Sequence record: PQ826432.1 | DNA length: 61,452 nt | Strand: one strand, 5' to 3' | Source of the DNA: a phage | In this document: positions 19,504 through 28,165 of the stretch, one piece after another | Layout: every line of letters begins with the position of its first letter | Position numbering within the stretch: position 1 is the first letter of the stretch | Made by a program: the position numbers and the translations under genes | Notes under the pieces: model-generated | Database searches by the model: none | What the model was told of the DNA's origin: nothing | Seen by the model: the letters and a program-made list of their open reading frames with translations, nothing else

Positions 19504-21063
19504 TTAAATACCGATAGTTTTACCAACACCTGTATAAACAGCTTGATCCAGAACCATATAACGTACTTCATCGCCCATATGGTCTTCACATTCCGTATCA
19601 ACGTCGTCCTGATCTACTTCATCGCGCGGAAGACTTGGAACCAGTTCAAAGAAATAATTGCAGTTATCGAAAACATACATTGCTGGATTTTCACGTGGTC
19701 CCGGCAAAGGTTTACCGTTTGCATCTTCCCGCAATGCAGCTTTAAGAAACTCACGCATTTTCTGCCATCCACGTTTACGTGACCCAGCAGATTTATCACT
19801 TCTCTTCCAATGGATACCGTTATACAGCTTGCCGTTAAGACGGATTTTCTTCGCCATTGTTGCGGCGGTAGAGTTATTGTTCTCCAGATCCCAAATAGAG
19901 TTATCCGCAGGTCCAGGAACTACACGGTCGTGTATACCCCAGGCCAATTCCCGCTCCAGTATACCGCTTGCAATCTCTGAGTCCAGCAAATGTAGGCCTT
20001 CGTTTGTTTTACCGTTAGTGCCGTACCATTCGTTAATACGGAACAAGTCACCGCGAACAGTAGAGAAGGTAGTACCATCTTCACGTACAACATCCGAACC
20101 GTCACTAATAGCCCACCAGCCAACGGAGAATGGTTTTGAAGAACCCCAGTCGAAAGAACGTGTGATCTTCCAGCTTGATGGGATTGGGAATGGGCGTATT
20201 TTATGAACAGTGCTACGCCACAGATCATCGAACATACCGCCGGAGGTGATATCCCAGCTACCGCCTAACCATGCGGCGCGTTTATTGGGGTCTGTGATAG
20301 ACATAAGTTCTGCAATATATTTCGGGCTCAGGTTTTTGTTCTCGCGGTAAGATCCGAAGATATGACATTGCGTCGTAACCACATCTTCCTCTTTCTGCGT
20401 CCGCGGGTTAAACACTCGCGTAGTTTTCCTGAGTATCTTACCCATCGGTGCGGCGTCAATGAAGCGTTTCTTAACCCAGTTATGCCCAGCACCAAACGGG
20501 TTACTAGTGGCAAACACTTCCAGAGGAATGTCTGGTAAATATGTGACAGTACCGTCCGGATTGATAATTGGATTATCTTCGGGCAGGAATGATGAACGGT
20601 TACAGGACATCATTGCTTCAAACAAACGCCCGTCCGGATACTTTGTTAATTCGTTCCATCCGATAAACGGGTATTCGTGACCATGATAAGACCAATAATC
20701 CTTTTCTTTGCAAGCAACACGGAACAGCAATTCTTCCCCAGTGGGCCAAACCCATTTATAATCAGACTTCGAGCTAAGGAATTTAGCACCATCTTTAAAT
20801 TCAGGGAACCAACGCTGTGATTTGGTTACAAGGTCATCAAGGTTTTTATATTCACGGTCGAATATAATACCTTTCCAGAATTTACCGTACCCTACGCCAA
20901 CATTTTTACGGAAACGCATAAGCTGGCAGTCTGTTTTTCCAGGACCGCGAGTTCCGTGGTATAAGATGATATCAGCAGGGCAGGATAGAGCGAGTGTCTG
21001 TGAACCTGGATGTGGTTTCCAGACTACTCGCGGCATGTTATCAGGTTGTTGGTTTAGCTCCAT
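19504..21063 (-). CDS. terminase large subunit
   Basis: 519 aa; Walker A-like GTRGPGKT near N-terminus. Confidence 0.8.
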   Translation of the reverse strand: MELNQQPDNMPRVVWKPHPGSQTLALSCPADIILYHGTRGPGKTDCQLMRFRKNVGVGYGKFWKGIIFDREYKNLDDLVTKSQRWFPEFKDGAKFLSSKSDYKWVWPTGEELLFRVACKEKDYWSYHGHEYPFIGWNELTKYPDGRLFEAMMSCNRSSFLPEDNPIINPDGTVTYLPDIPLEVFATSNPFGAGHNWVKKRFIDAAPMGKILRKTTRVFNPRTQKEEDVVTTQCHIFGSYRENKNLSPKYIAELMSITDPNKRAAWLGGSWDITSGGMFDDLWRSTVHKIRPFPIPSSWKITRSFDWGSSKPFSVGWWAISDGSDVVREDGTTFSTVRGDLFRINEWYGTNGKTNEGLHLLDSEIASGILERELAWGIHDRVVPGPADNSIWDLENNNSTAATMAKKIRLNGKLYNGIHWKRSDKSAGSRKRGWQKMREFLKAALREDANGKPLPGPRENPAMYVFDNCNYFFELVPSLPRDEVDQDDVDTECEDHMGDEVRYMVLDQAVYTGVGKTIGI

Positions 21064-21598
21064 CTTCAGTCTCTTTAACTAGTCGTTGTTGAGACTCGGA
21101 TGCAGTTTTTTCCCATTCGTCAATATTTGCTACAGCAGGGACTATCATTACGCCGCCTCTGTTAGTAACATCAATTTTAGCCTTCTTGGGCGCATCCAAA
21201 TCATAAATTTGTGCAAGCTTGCCCAATGCAGCCACTCTAGCAGCTTGAGAAGATCCCGGTCCTGTATAATGAGCTTCACGTTTTAATGCTTCAATGATAT
21301 GCTGACGCTCTAGGTCTGCTTCAATGTTAGCTTGCTCAGAAGTACGTTGAACACGGGATCTTTCAATCTCCTTGAGCTTCCATCGAACATAACAGTCCGT
21401 GGCAAAGCGTTGGCCAAGCTCCTGTGCAAACATAGCATTGAACCCGCATCTCATGCAAGCGTTAGTCCAATTGTAGTCGAACATATACTCAGCAACAACT
21501 TTGTCACGTATTGCCATCTCGTCAGCGGACAAGCTATTTGCATACTGGATATAATTCGTCCAGTCACGATCATATTGCTCTTGACTTGCCCCGTTCAT
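21041..21598 (-). CDS. terminase small subunit (by position)
   Basis: 185 aa immediately upstream of and overlapping terL. Confidence 0.45.
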   Translation of the reverse strand: MNGASQEQYDRDWTNYIQYANSLSADEMAIRDKVVAEYMFDYNWTNACMRCGFNAMFAQELGQRFATDCYVRWKLKEIERSRVQRTSEQANIEADLERQHIIEALKREAHYTGPGSSQAARVAALGKLAQIYDLDAPKKAKIDVTNRGGVMIVPAVANIDEWEKTASESQQRLVKETEDGAKPTT

Positions 21599-21618
21599 GG
21601 AAGCCCCCTTTCTTATTG

Positions 21619-21924
21619 CTATTTAGGCTGAATATAATTGCTTGATCCTACAAAATCAAGCGAAACATTTTCAGCTTCATAGCGTATGATTTCCTTAACC
21701 CTTAGCTTACATTCAGTCAGAGCAGTTTCTGTATCCTGTAAACGTCGGATAATATCTCTTGTGTAAACCAAAGGAATTTTCTCAACTTCCCGACATTCTA
21801 CCAACAGATGAGCTGGAAGTTTTATCTTCACTATCTGTGGAGCTGGGGGAGGTTGAGTCTGCGTCGAGCAACCTGCGCAAATCATCAGGAATACGCTCGT
21901 TAAGATAAGCTTTGACGTCAGCAT
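21619..21924 (-). CDS. o-spanin (Rz1-like lipoprotein), overlapping i-spanin
   Basis: internal ATG; hydrophobic signal ending in Cys (LMICAGC), Pro-rich segment; out of frame with i-spanin 3' end. Confidence 0.45.
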   Translation of the reverse strand: MLTSKLILTSVFLMICAGCSTQTQPPPAPQIVKIKLPAHLLVECREVEKIPLVYTRDIIRRLQDTETALTECKLRVKEIIRYEAENVSLDFVGSSNYIQPK

Positions 21925-22258
21925 TGCTTTTCTCCAGTGTCCGCAACTTGTCCTGAAGCAACTTGTGGTTATGTTGTTCATCTTGAATTGCAGAAGTTAG
22001 TTTCTTGAAAGAGTCCGTGTCCTTCTCCCTTTGTGCAGCAAGAAATACAACAGCCTCGCCCAGCTTTGCATTGTCTTTCTCCACAACGGTTAAACGTTCT
22101 TCAGCCAAACTTAAATTTGATTTGTTAAGCTCGTTCTGTGACCACAGGTGGGCAGCCACCCCGCATAAAAACACCACCGCGCCAATCATCAGGTACTCGA
22201 TAAATAGACGCGGTTTAGCTTTTATAAAACTGAAGAAGTTATTTAGAATCATTTTCAT
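21782..22258 (-). CDS. i-spanin (Rz-like)
   Basis: N-terminal TM helix then coiled coil; follows holin. Confidence 0.55.
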   Translation of the reverse strand: MKMILNNFFSFIKAKPRLFIEYLMIGAVVFLCGVAAHLWSQNELNKSNLSLAEERLTVVEKDNAKLGEAVVFLAAQREKDTDSFKKLTSAIQDEQHNHKLLQDKLRTLEKSNADVKAYLNERIPDDLRRLLDADSTSPSSTDSEDKTSSSSVGRMSGS

Positions 22259-22583
22259 GTTTGCAGTCCTCTGAGTCGAGTTTGATCCCTGTCCGCAATG
22301 CTAGAAGCGACTTTAGAGCTTTTAGCGTAGCACGTGAACCCGCCCAAGCGAATAGGCCAGCAAGGCCAAAAGCGAACCAAAGGCTGATATTAAACTCCCT
22401 GTAGATCGCGTACATTATAACGCCAAAGAACGCGGCGGATAAACCTTCAAGACATGCAATGCTTATCCGTACCTTCTTACCAGCGTCAATTGTACGCATG
22501 ACGTAACCGAGAGCTCCCCCAATGAGGGAAATCAGAGCAAACCCCGCTAGAACTGCCCAATGTTCGTTCGATGAGTTGAACAT
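22239..22583 (-). CDS. holin
   Basis: ORF track 22239..22616; start moved to ATG 22583 with GGAGGG SD; about three hydrophobic helices. Confidence 0.55.
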   Translation of the reverse strand: MFNSSNEHWAVLAGFALISLIGGALGYVMRTIDAGKKVRISIACLEGLSAAFFGVIMYAIYREFNISLWFAFGLAGLFAWAGSRATLKALKSLLALRTGIKLDSEDCKHENDSK

Positions 22584-22600
22584 GTTCCCTCCAATAAAAA

Positions 22601-22614
22601 GGGGCTGACGCCCC
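22601..22614 (-). terminator. short hairpin plus U-run between endolysin and holin (possible attenuator)
   Basis: minus strand GGGGC-GTCA-GCCCC followed by TTTTT, then holin SD. Confidence 0.3.
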
Positions 22615-22619
22615 ATCAG

Positions 22620-23057
22620 TTAAATTACCATTGCAATAGCGCGGTCGATCACGTCATCAGTATAAGGCATCATGCCATTTTCATGACGAATGATTGCTTT
22701 CACCAAACCTGACATTATTGTCTTGTCGAAGACATTAATTGGATCGTTAGGTTGAACACCAATTGCTTTGGCAACAGAACGAATATACGCTTCCGTATCG
22801 TTTTCATTAGGTGGAGCCCAGCGAGCGATAATTTCACGTACAGTGTCGATGTTTTTCTTACCCACATTGGGCAAGCCTTCACGTTTGGTGTAGTTTGTCA
22901 GGATTTTCGCTAGTGCACGAATGCCGTAAATCGGTTGCGTGAATTGAGCAAAAGATTTATCGGTCCGCTTATCAGCAGGAACTAAGCCCTGCCAATTGTC
23001 ACCCCAGCGAATATTACCTGGATTGTTATTACGAATACCACGAGGTTGAAGCGCCAT
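22620..23057 (-). CDS. putative endolysin
   Basis: ORF track 22620..23327; start moved to ATG 23057 with GGAGGA SD; position next to holin/spanins; catalytic class not determined. Confidence 0.45.
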   Translation of the reverse strand: MALQPRGIRNNNPGNIRWGDNWQGLVPADKRTDKSFAQFTQPIYGIRALAKILTNYTKREGLPNVGKKNIDTVREIIARWAPPNENDTEAYIRSVAKAIGVQPNDPINVFDKTIMSGLVKAIIRHENGMMPYTDDVIDRAIAMVI

Positions 23058-23139
23058 ATCGAGTTCCTCCGCTTGACATGAACCACTGAAGGGTAACAGA
23101 GAAACTTGATACGGCGCAAGAAGAATTGATCTAAGGAGA

Positions 23140-23400
23140 TTACCCGTCAAACCACTCGCTAATGTACCAGCTAACAAGACCTTTTCCACCTTCATCAACC
23201 CCGTAGCTGGAGTAAAAAGTGAAGTTATCGGGTTCGTGTTGCAGGATAACCATAAAGTCATGCTGAGTGCTGTCAATAATTGCAATGGCGATTTCCTCGT
23301 TATCCGTGATAAAGATTTCGCCACCAATTACAACATGCGTCCCGTGGTCAACTACCTTGCTGTGATAAGCAGGTGGGATCAGGTAACTGAATGTAGTCAT
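23140..23400 (-). CDS. hypothetical protein (86 aa)
   Basis: ORF track. Confidence 0.4.
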   Translation of the reverse strand: MTTFSYLIPPAYHSKVVDHGTHVVIGGEIFITDNEEIAIAIIDSTQHDFMVILQHEPDNFTFYSSYGVDEGGKGLVSWYISEWFDG

Positions 23401-23865
23401 TTAAAAACCCTCAAACGATATTGTATCAACGCCAAGAAATGCACATGTGGTATGCTTGATTGCTAGCTCGATAGCTTCGCGTGCGCTTGCACCAGCAGCT
23501 AGAGCACCCGCAGCAAACACGCAGCCACTGCCATCCGACCCCCATCCATCTAGCATGGGTTCGCTCAAAGTACCATCATTATAAATAAAATGGCAAGTAC
23601 CTTCCGGAGTAACAGCAAGACCGCAAGTTTGCCCATAATCGTCATCTTTGCTGTAAACTTTAATATCTGGGAACTTAACAGGCTCAGGACTATTAAAATA
23701 ACGCAGCACTTGGTCAGTGAATGCAGTCAAACCGCACAAGCCCAGCAAGAAGCGTCCACGATGTCCATTTACGCTGTGAACTTTCTTATAAGCAGTCACA
23801 GCTTCCCCGCGCATAACTCCACGGTCCGCAGCTAATACTTTTCCATCGTAAGCAATGGTTGTCAT
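23401..23865 (-). CDS. HslV-like Ntn-hydrolase peptidase (proteasome beta-type)
   Basis: N-terminus MTTIAYDG with Thr2; GLCGLTAF and GSDGSGCVFAAGALAAG align by eye to HslV GFAGGTADAF and GSGGPYAQAAARAL. Confidence 0.55.
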   Translation of the reverse strand: MTTIAYDGKVLAADRGVMRGEAVTAYKKVHSVNGHRGRFLLGLCGLTAFTDQVLRYFNSPEPVKFPDIKVYSKDDDYGQTCGLAVTPEGTCHFIYNDGTLSEPMLDGWGSDGSGCVFAAGALAAGASAREAIELAIKHTTCAFLGVDTISFEGF

Positions 23866-24047
23866 TTAATTTTCCTTTGGTCTTGAATAATAACAATACA
23901 TAAGACAAATAGAATAAGACAGATGCACAGCCCTGTACTGGCAAAGATTCGAATAACCGTGGAAGGTTGTTCGACTACTGTATAGGTATAAAGCCCAGCG
24001 AACATTAACGTCGCAAATAAAAACAATCCGGCGTATAGTTTGGTCAT
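23862..24047 (-). CDS. small membrane protein (61 aa)
   Basis: ORF track; two hydrophobic segments. Confidence 0.4.
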   Translation of the reverse strand: MTKLYAGLFLFATLMFAGLYTYTVVEQPSTVIRIFASTGLCICLILFVLCIVIIQDQRKIK

Positions 24048-24109
24048 TGTGTACCCCTCTTATTCGATGGGTACACAATACAATGAAGGGTTATCTGATA
24101 GCAAGGTTT

Positions 24110-24532
24110 TTAATTAAGCACAATCTCAACGTCTTTAACCCAAGTATGAATGATAAATGCTCCTGGCTGTTCAGGATCTTGATCCGGGCCAACGTAGAAC
24201 TTTTTACCTTCCCAACCTTTAATCGGGTCATGTACAATAAACTTGTGATTAGTTGTATCGATCACAACCTGATGCAGTGCTCCAGGAACATTGAGACTTG
24301 GGACAGTGCACAAAAACAAACCACCCATGCATATAGTTTCACGCCCACCGCCTACAGAACAGATGTGGTCAACATTATTTTGTACTAGATATTCGGAAAT
24401 TGTTATTTCCCAGTTGTTATAATAACGACTATGAAATTCCGCAATTACTTCTTCTACAGGTCTATTAAGGATCATTGCCAAACACGCAGAAACGCATGTA
24501 TTTAAAGTTGGCTGTTTGACATGTTTAATCAT
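24110..24532 (-). CDS. putative papain-like cysteine peptidase (C39-like)
   Basis: QPTLNTCVSACLAMIL resembles the C39 Cys motif; downstream His (HQVVID). Confidence 0.4.
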   Translation of the reverse strand: MIKHVKQPTLNTCVSACLAMILNRPVEEVIAEFHSRYYNNWEITISEYLVQNNVDHICSVGGGRETICMGGLFLCTVPSLNVPGALHQVVIDTTNHKFIVHDPIKGWEGKKFYVGPDQDPEQPGAFIIHTWVKDVEIVLN

Positions 24533-24533
24533 C

Positions 24534-25004
24534 TTATGCCTCGTATATGACTTCCGGCTCGTTATTATAAGGACGCAGCAGCAAACGCGCTACCATCGCC
24601 GTACGCCCGCTTAACCCTTGTAGATGCACAAACCCAACAAACTGGTAGTGACAACCGCGCAGGTGATGCAAGCTCTTAGCGCAATGGCACGCTTCTAAAC
24701 GAAGTGTCTCGCCCGTCTGCCATTTAACCACAATGGTAGAGCTCGCGGTCATGTTAATTTCTACATCACCGATTTCAACCTGAAGACGCAGAACATCTTC
24801 TACAACATTACGGACATAGACAAGGATCTGTGATGTGGGCATAACAATGAGCCCATTCCAGTCCTTCCCGCGACCCAATCCGCAATAACGCGCAAAGTTG
24901 GCTATCAACTGCGTTTCTGTAACCTGTTTTACTTCAAACGACTTCTTCAGTTGGCAGTCTTTGGATTCGTCCATTGCATCAACAATAGTTTTAACGTCAG
25001 CCAT
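24534..25004 (-). CDS. hypothetical protein (156 aa)
   Basis: ORF track. Confidence 0.45.
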   Translation of the reverse strand: MADVKTIVDAMDESKDCQLKKSFEVKQVTETQLIANFARYCGLGRGKDWNGLIVMPTSQILVYVRNVVEDVLRLQVEIGDVEINMTASSTIVVKWQTGETLRLEACHCAKSLHHLRGCHYQFVGFVHLQGLSGRTAMVARLLLRPYNNEPEVIYEA

Positions 25005-25007
25005 TAT

Positions 25008-25400
25008 TTACTCCGCTAATGTGTAAGAAATACCGGATGCTTTAATCCGTCTGTACATATCCATAGTACCAGCTCCGCCCGGAAACACAATAGCGTGATC
25101 TGGTTTAGGATCAGTATCCAGCATTAATTGATTACGGTAAGCGCCCGCTTGGGCATTATAAGCACCTCTGGCGTTATACCGTATCTTAGTATTTGGAAGC
25201 GAAAGATTGTCCCACGGTGCAGGAAACGCCTCCGTCTTAATACCGTTCCGCTCCGCCCAATGTGCGCAAATGCGGTCAACACCGTCAGCGTCACCGTGGC
25301 GAAGTGTGGTTATCCTTCTTTGCATATGCAGCTTATCCAACTGAGCGTAAATATACTCCACATGCTTAAAATCTCGACCTCCGGTGACGACTAATAGCAT
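25008..25400 (-). CDS. SLOG-family protein (DUF2493 / YspA-like)
   Basis: motifs VVTGGRDF, HGDADGVD, FPGGAGT typical of the family. Confidence 0.55.
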   Translation of the reverse strand: MLLVVTGGRDFKHVEYIYAQLDKLHMQRRITTLRHGDADGVDRICAHWAERNGIKTEAFPAPWDNLSLPNTKIRYNARGAYNAQAGAYRNQLMLDTDPKPDHAIVFPGGAGTMDMYRRIKASGISYTLAE

Positions 25401-25467
25401 TATTTCTTCTCCATCGGTTTCAGCATTTCGTCAATAAAACCTTTCCAATATTTGATATTTTCTTCAA

Positions 25468-25737
25468 TCACCATGCCACCTCAGTACGCTCGTTATCCCG
25501 TTGGTCCATTGAAGGATAGTATAGGACAGTAAAACCAGAATCAGCTAACCATTTAGCAATCTTCATAGTGGTTGGGTCTTGAGTGTCGGGATTACCAACA
25601 GCTCCGTATTTAGTTACCAGTGATACTTTATTGTATCCCTTTGTAGCAGCTACGCGAATGCTATCACTGATAAATTCAATATCCTCGCTAATATCCAGCT
25701 TATCACTTAATTCACGAGCTTCTTGAGCGGTAATCAT
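25468..25737 (-). CDS. hypothetical protein (89 aa)
   Basis: ORF track. Confidence 0.4.
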   Translation of the reverse strand: MITAQEARELSDKLDISEDIEFISDSIRVAATKGYNKVSLVTKYGAVGNPDTQDPTTMKIAKWLADSGFTVLYYPSMDQRDNERTEVAW

Positions 25738-25937
25738 TTCACAATCTCCTTAAAACGGTTATACAAATCACGATAGAACAAAGGACCGTTAGCGTTGCGA
25801 CGCAGGAAGTCCTTTGCTACAGCACGAAGTTCCTTTACTTCTTGTGCCAACGACATAACTTCGTCATTGCTTGCACAGTCATATTCCGCAAGCTTAGCAA
25901 CACGCTCATCTGTCAGTCTATGCATTATTATCTCCAC
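25734..25937 (-). CDS. hypothetical protein (67 aa)
   Basis: ORF track; overlapping start/stop. Confidence 0.4.
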   Translation of the reverse strand: MEIIMHRLTDERVAKLAEYDCASNDEVMSLAQEVKELRAVAKDFLRRNANGPLFYRDLYNRFKEIVK

Positions 25938-26152
25938 CTGTTACGGTCATTACATTTATATTCATACTCAGTAATAACCTGAGGATACATTGACATTACA
26001 TTACCTTTTGCATCGTAAATATATTGCCAAATAATATCCTCCCGGCTGTTACCAGTACGTTGGCAGTTTTGCCGCTCCATTTCTTTAGAGTCTACGATTG
26101 CAAATACAACGAAAGCGGCAATTATAGCGCCTAATATCATGAATATTTTCAT
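25928..26152 (-). CDS. small membrane protein (74 aa)
   Basis: ORF track; N-terminal TM helix. Confidence 0.4.
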   Translation of the reverse strand: MKIFMILGAIIAAFVVFAIVDSKEMERQNCQRTGNSREDIIWQYIYDAKGNVMSMYPQVITEYEYKCNDRNRWR

Positions 26153-26451
26153 GGGTTAAGCCTATATTCTTTAATTTCCATTAGCGTATTGCGCCAGTCC
26201 ACACCTTCAATGTCAACTTCACCGCAGTAGCGACTCTTATGACCATCATGCAACCATTCTTTAAGTTGTTCATATGCTTTAGGCTTACTATTATAACAGT
26301 GGACAACACCGTTAGCGTCCACTGCAATGTGAGTAGCCCAAGGCGCCACAGGGATCTCCTGACCAAAAAACAGGACTTTGATTGCAGTTTTAAAATCGAC
26401 CGCAGGGATATCCGGTTTTTCTCGATTTAAATCCATTCCTAAATACAGCAT
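26149..26451 (-). CDS. hypothetical protein (100 aa)
   Basis: ORF track. Confidence 0.4.
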   Translation of the reverse strand: MLYLGMDLNREKPDIPAVDFKTAIKVLFFGQEIPVAPWATHIAVDANGVVHCYNSKPKAYEQLKEWLHDGHKSRYCGEVDIEGVDWRNTLMEIKEYRLNP

Positions 26452-26502
26452 AACAATCTCCAGATAATTAAGGGCTCCGTAGAGCCCATTATAGATTGAT
26501 AA

Positions 26503-26781
26503 TTACACTTCCTCCAGGAAATTGGGGCTTACAAGACCAGTATAACTGATTTCGTAAGCATCCTCTTCTTCATCGTATTCATCGCTACCCTGGCTAACAA
26601 TTACAGTATGGTTCCACTGCCCGAAAAGGATATGCAGATCAAACACCACCTTATTAACAGTAACAATAGAACCAGCTTTCAGTTCCCGAAACTCAACACC
26701 ATCGCCCGGAGTATAGCCTACAGCGCCAATATCTGTGGTTAAACGATACTCTTTACCTTCAACAATATCTTCTACACGCAT
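26503..26781 (-). CDS. hypothetical protein (92 aa)
   Basis: ORF track. Confidence 0.4.
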   Translation of the reverse strand: MRVEDIVEGKEYRLTTDIGAVGYTPGDGVEFRELKAGSIVTVNKVVFDLHILFGQWNHTVIVSQGSDEYDEEEDAYEISYTGLVSPNFLEEV

Positions 26782-27023
26782 TCTTCTTGCTCCTCTACAT
26801 ATTTAGTGACACATTTTTGAAAATTAAGAACGATATTTTTCTCTTTTACGGAGTGAAATTTAACACGTTCCGGACAGATAATCCAGCCTTCAAAACGTTG
26901 AGTAGCGTCATTCCATGCAGCACGACCATAATAGCCGCGATATGGACCTAATCGCATTGCATTTACCTCTGTAACCACATTGCTGGAGGTGCTGGGTGTA
27001 GCGCTTGCACTGGAGTCGCACAT
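26772..27023 (-). CDS. hypothetical protein (83 aa), first gene of minus-strand block
   Basis: ORF track; AGGAGG SD. Confidence 0.45.
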   Translation of the reverse strand: MCDSSASATPSTSSNVVTEVNAMRLGPYRGYYGRAAWNDATQRFEGWIICPERVKFHSVKEKNIVLNFQKCVTKYVEEQEECV

Positions 27024-27369
27024 AAATACCTCCTTGATGCTCTAAAACTGGTAAGAATTGATAGAAATTGGTTGCATCCGCTTAAAGATGGTAGCTATGG
27101 AGCAGCTACAAGACGAATTATACGTTGACGACTCAGAATTTACTACCAAAATCCATATATTTAGAAAGGATGAGCGCAATATATTCAAAAAGAAGGTAGG
27201 TGGGGTCATGTATGTAGGTGGATAGGCTATGTGATGGGTGTGTATGTCGGCAACAACATAGTTGACGAGTTAGATTTTCAAACAAGGATACTATCAGGAT
27301 GGACAGGGCACGCCCCAGCGATCCAAGTACCTGGAAAAGGATGGGTGGGGTCGCGCGGCTGGGCCTGTG

Positions 27370-27481
27370 TGGGTCGGTGTGCGCTGTGCGAGCTGTGCGC
27401 GACGCTGTGCGCCTGTTTCGCTCGAGCTAATGCATTACCATTGCCTATGTACATTAGCTCGCTAGCGTGGCGCTGTGTGCG
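27370..27481. repeat. GC/GT-rich direct repeats (GCTGTGCG-type) and a 10-bp inverted repeat
   Basis: CTGTGCG recurs at least 4 times; CGAGCTAATG at 27423 pairs with CATTAGCTCG at 27452. Confidence 0.5.
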
Positions 27482-27640
27482 TTATAGCGCCGCTCCTCTT
27501 TTGCGGGCTTTACGTGCCACATAACGCTGTTCCATTACTTCGTTGTATTGTCGATCCCATTTAGCATCCATTACTTCGGTTACGATCAGTGCTACCAGTG
27601 GAGATACTACTGCGACGACCATCATGATTAAGATTAACAT
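27482..27640 (-). CDS. small membrane protein (52 aa)
   Basis: ORF track 27482..27706; start moved to ATG 27640 with GGAG SD; track N-terminus overlaps a conserved leader. Confidence 0.4.
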   Translation of the reverse strand: MLILIMMVVAVVSPLVALIVTEVMDAKWDRQYNEVMEQRYVARKARKRGAAL

Positions 27641-27722
27641 TTTGTTTTCTCCGTTGTTTGGTTGATGTGTGTAGTATCCACCAGACCGATCATGTTGTCT
27701 AGGCATTTTGTGCTATTAATTG
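27641..27722 (-). promoter_or_regulatory. conserved early promoter/leader module, copy 1
   Basis: minus strand ATAGCACAA...TAGACA-17 nt-GATACTACACACATC..SD..ATG; shares a 15-mer with copy 2. Confidence 0.35.
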
Positions 27723-27843
27723 CGCGTAGAACTCGCGCCCTGTCTGCATGGCTTGGGACCAGTTGGTTTCCTCCCACTCCATGCGCATAACCTGCAATAA
27801 TAACGCGTGCTGTGCGCGTGTAAGCGTGTATTTGCGTGACATA

Positions 27844-27996
27844 TTATTTCACCTGAACTAAATCATATTGTTCGTAGATTTCGCTAATGTACATATCGAA
27901 CTGGCCCATTAAGAAGATTTCGGCCTCCTCCCAGCTTGGGGCAGATACATAACCAGCGATTTTGAGCGTTTCTTTTTCGATCAGTTTAAAGTGCAT
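27844..27996 (-). CDS. small protein (50 aa), not in ORF track
   Basis: ATG with GAGGAA SD preceded by same leader module as 27482..27640. Confidence 0.35.
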   Translation of the reverse strand: MHFKLIEKETLKIAGYVSAPSWEEAEIFLMGQFDMYISEIYEQYDLVQVK

Positions 27997-28080
27997 TTTG
28001 TGTTCCTCAGTATTGTTTCGATGTGTGTAGTATCAGGCATCCAAGCGAAGTTGATTAGGCCAATTGTGCTATCTTTGATA
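27997..28080 (-). promoter_or_regulatory. conserved early promoter/leader module, copy 2
   Basis: minus strand ATAGCACAA...GATACTACACACATC..SD..ATG. Confidence 0.35.
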
Positions 28081-28139
28081 TGGCGAACATCCTTTATATA
28101 CGCGTGTGCGCGTAATACACCAATCACATCAAACCGCAT

Positions 28140-28165
28140 TAGGCAGAATGTGCTATTACATGATT
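28140..28165. promoter_or_regulatory. third copy of TGTGCTAT-containing motif
   Basis: AGGCAGAATGTGCTATTACATG resembles motifs at 27700 and 28057. Confidence 0.3.

Noticed and set aside
22620-23327. Long N-terminal extension of the endolysin ORF (235 aa in the track)
   Set aside because: The upstream start has no SD, while the internal ATG at 23057 has a strong GGAGGA SD and begins the conserved-looking domain.
27231-27524. 97-aa plus-strand ORF in the control region
   Set aside because: No SD, Gly/Trp/Cys/Arg-rich product typical of translating GC/GT repeats, and overlaps the better supported minus-strand small gene.
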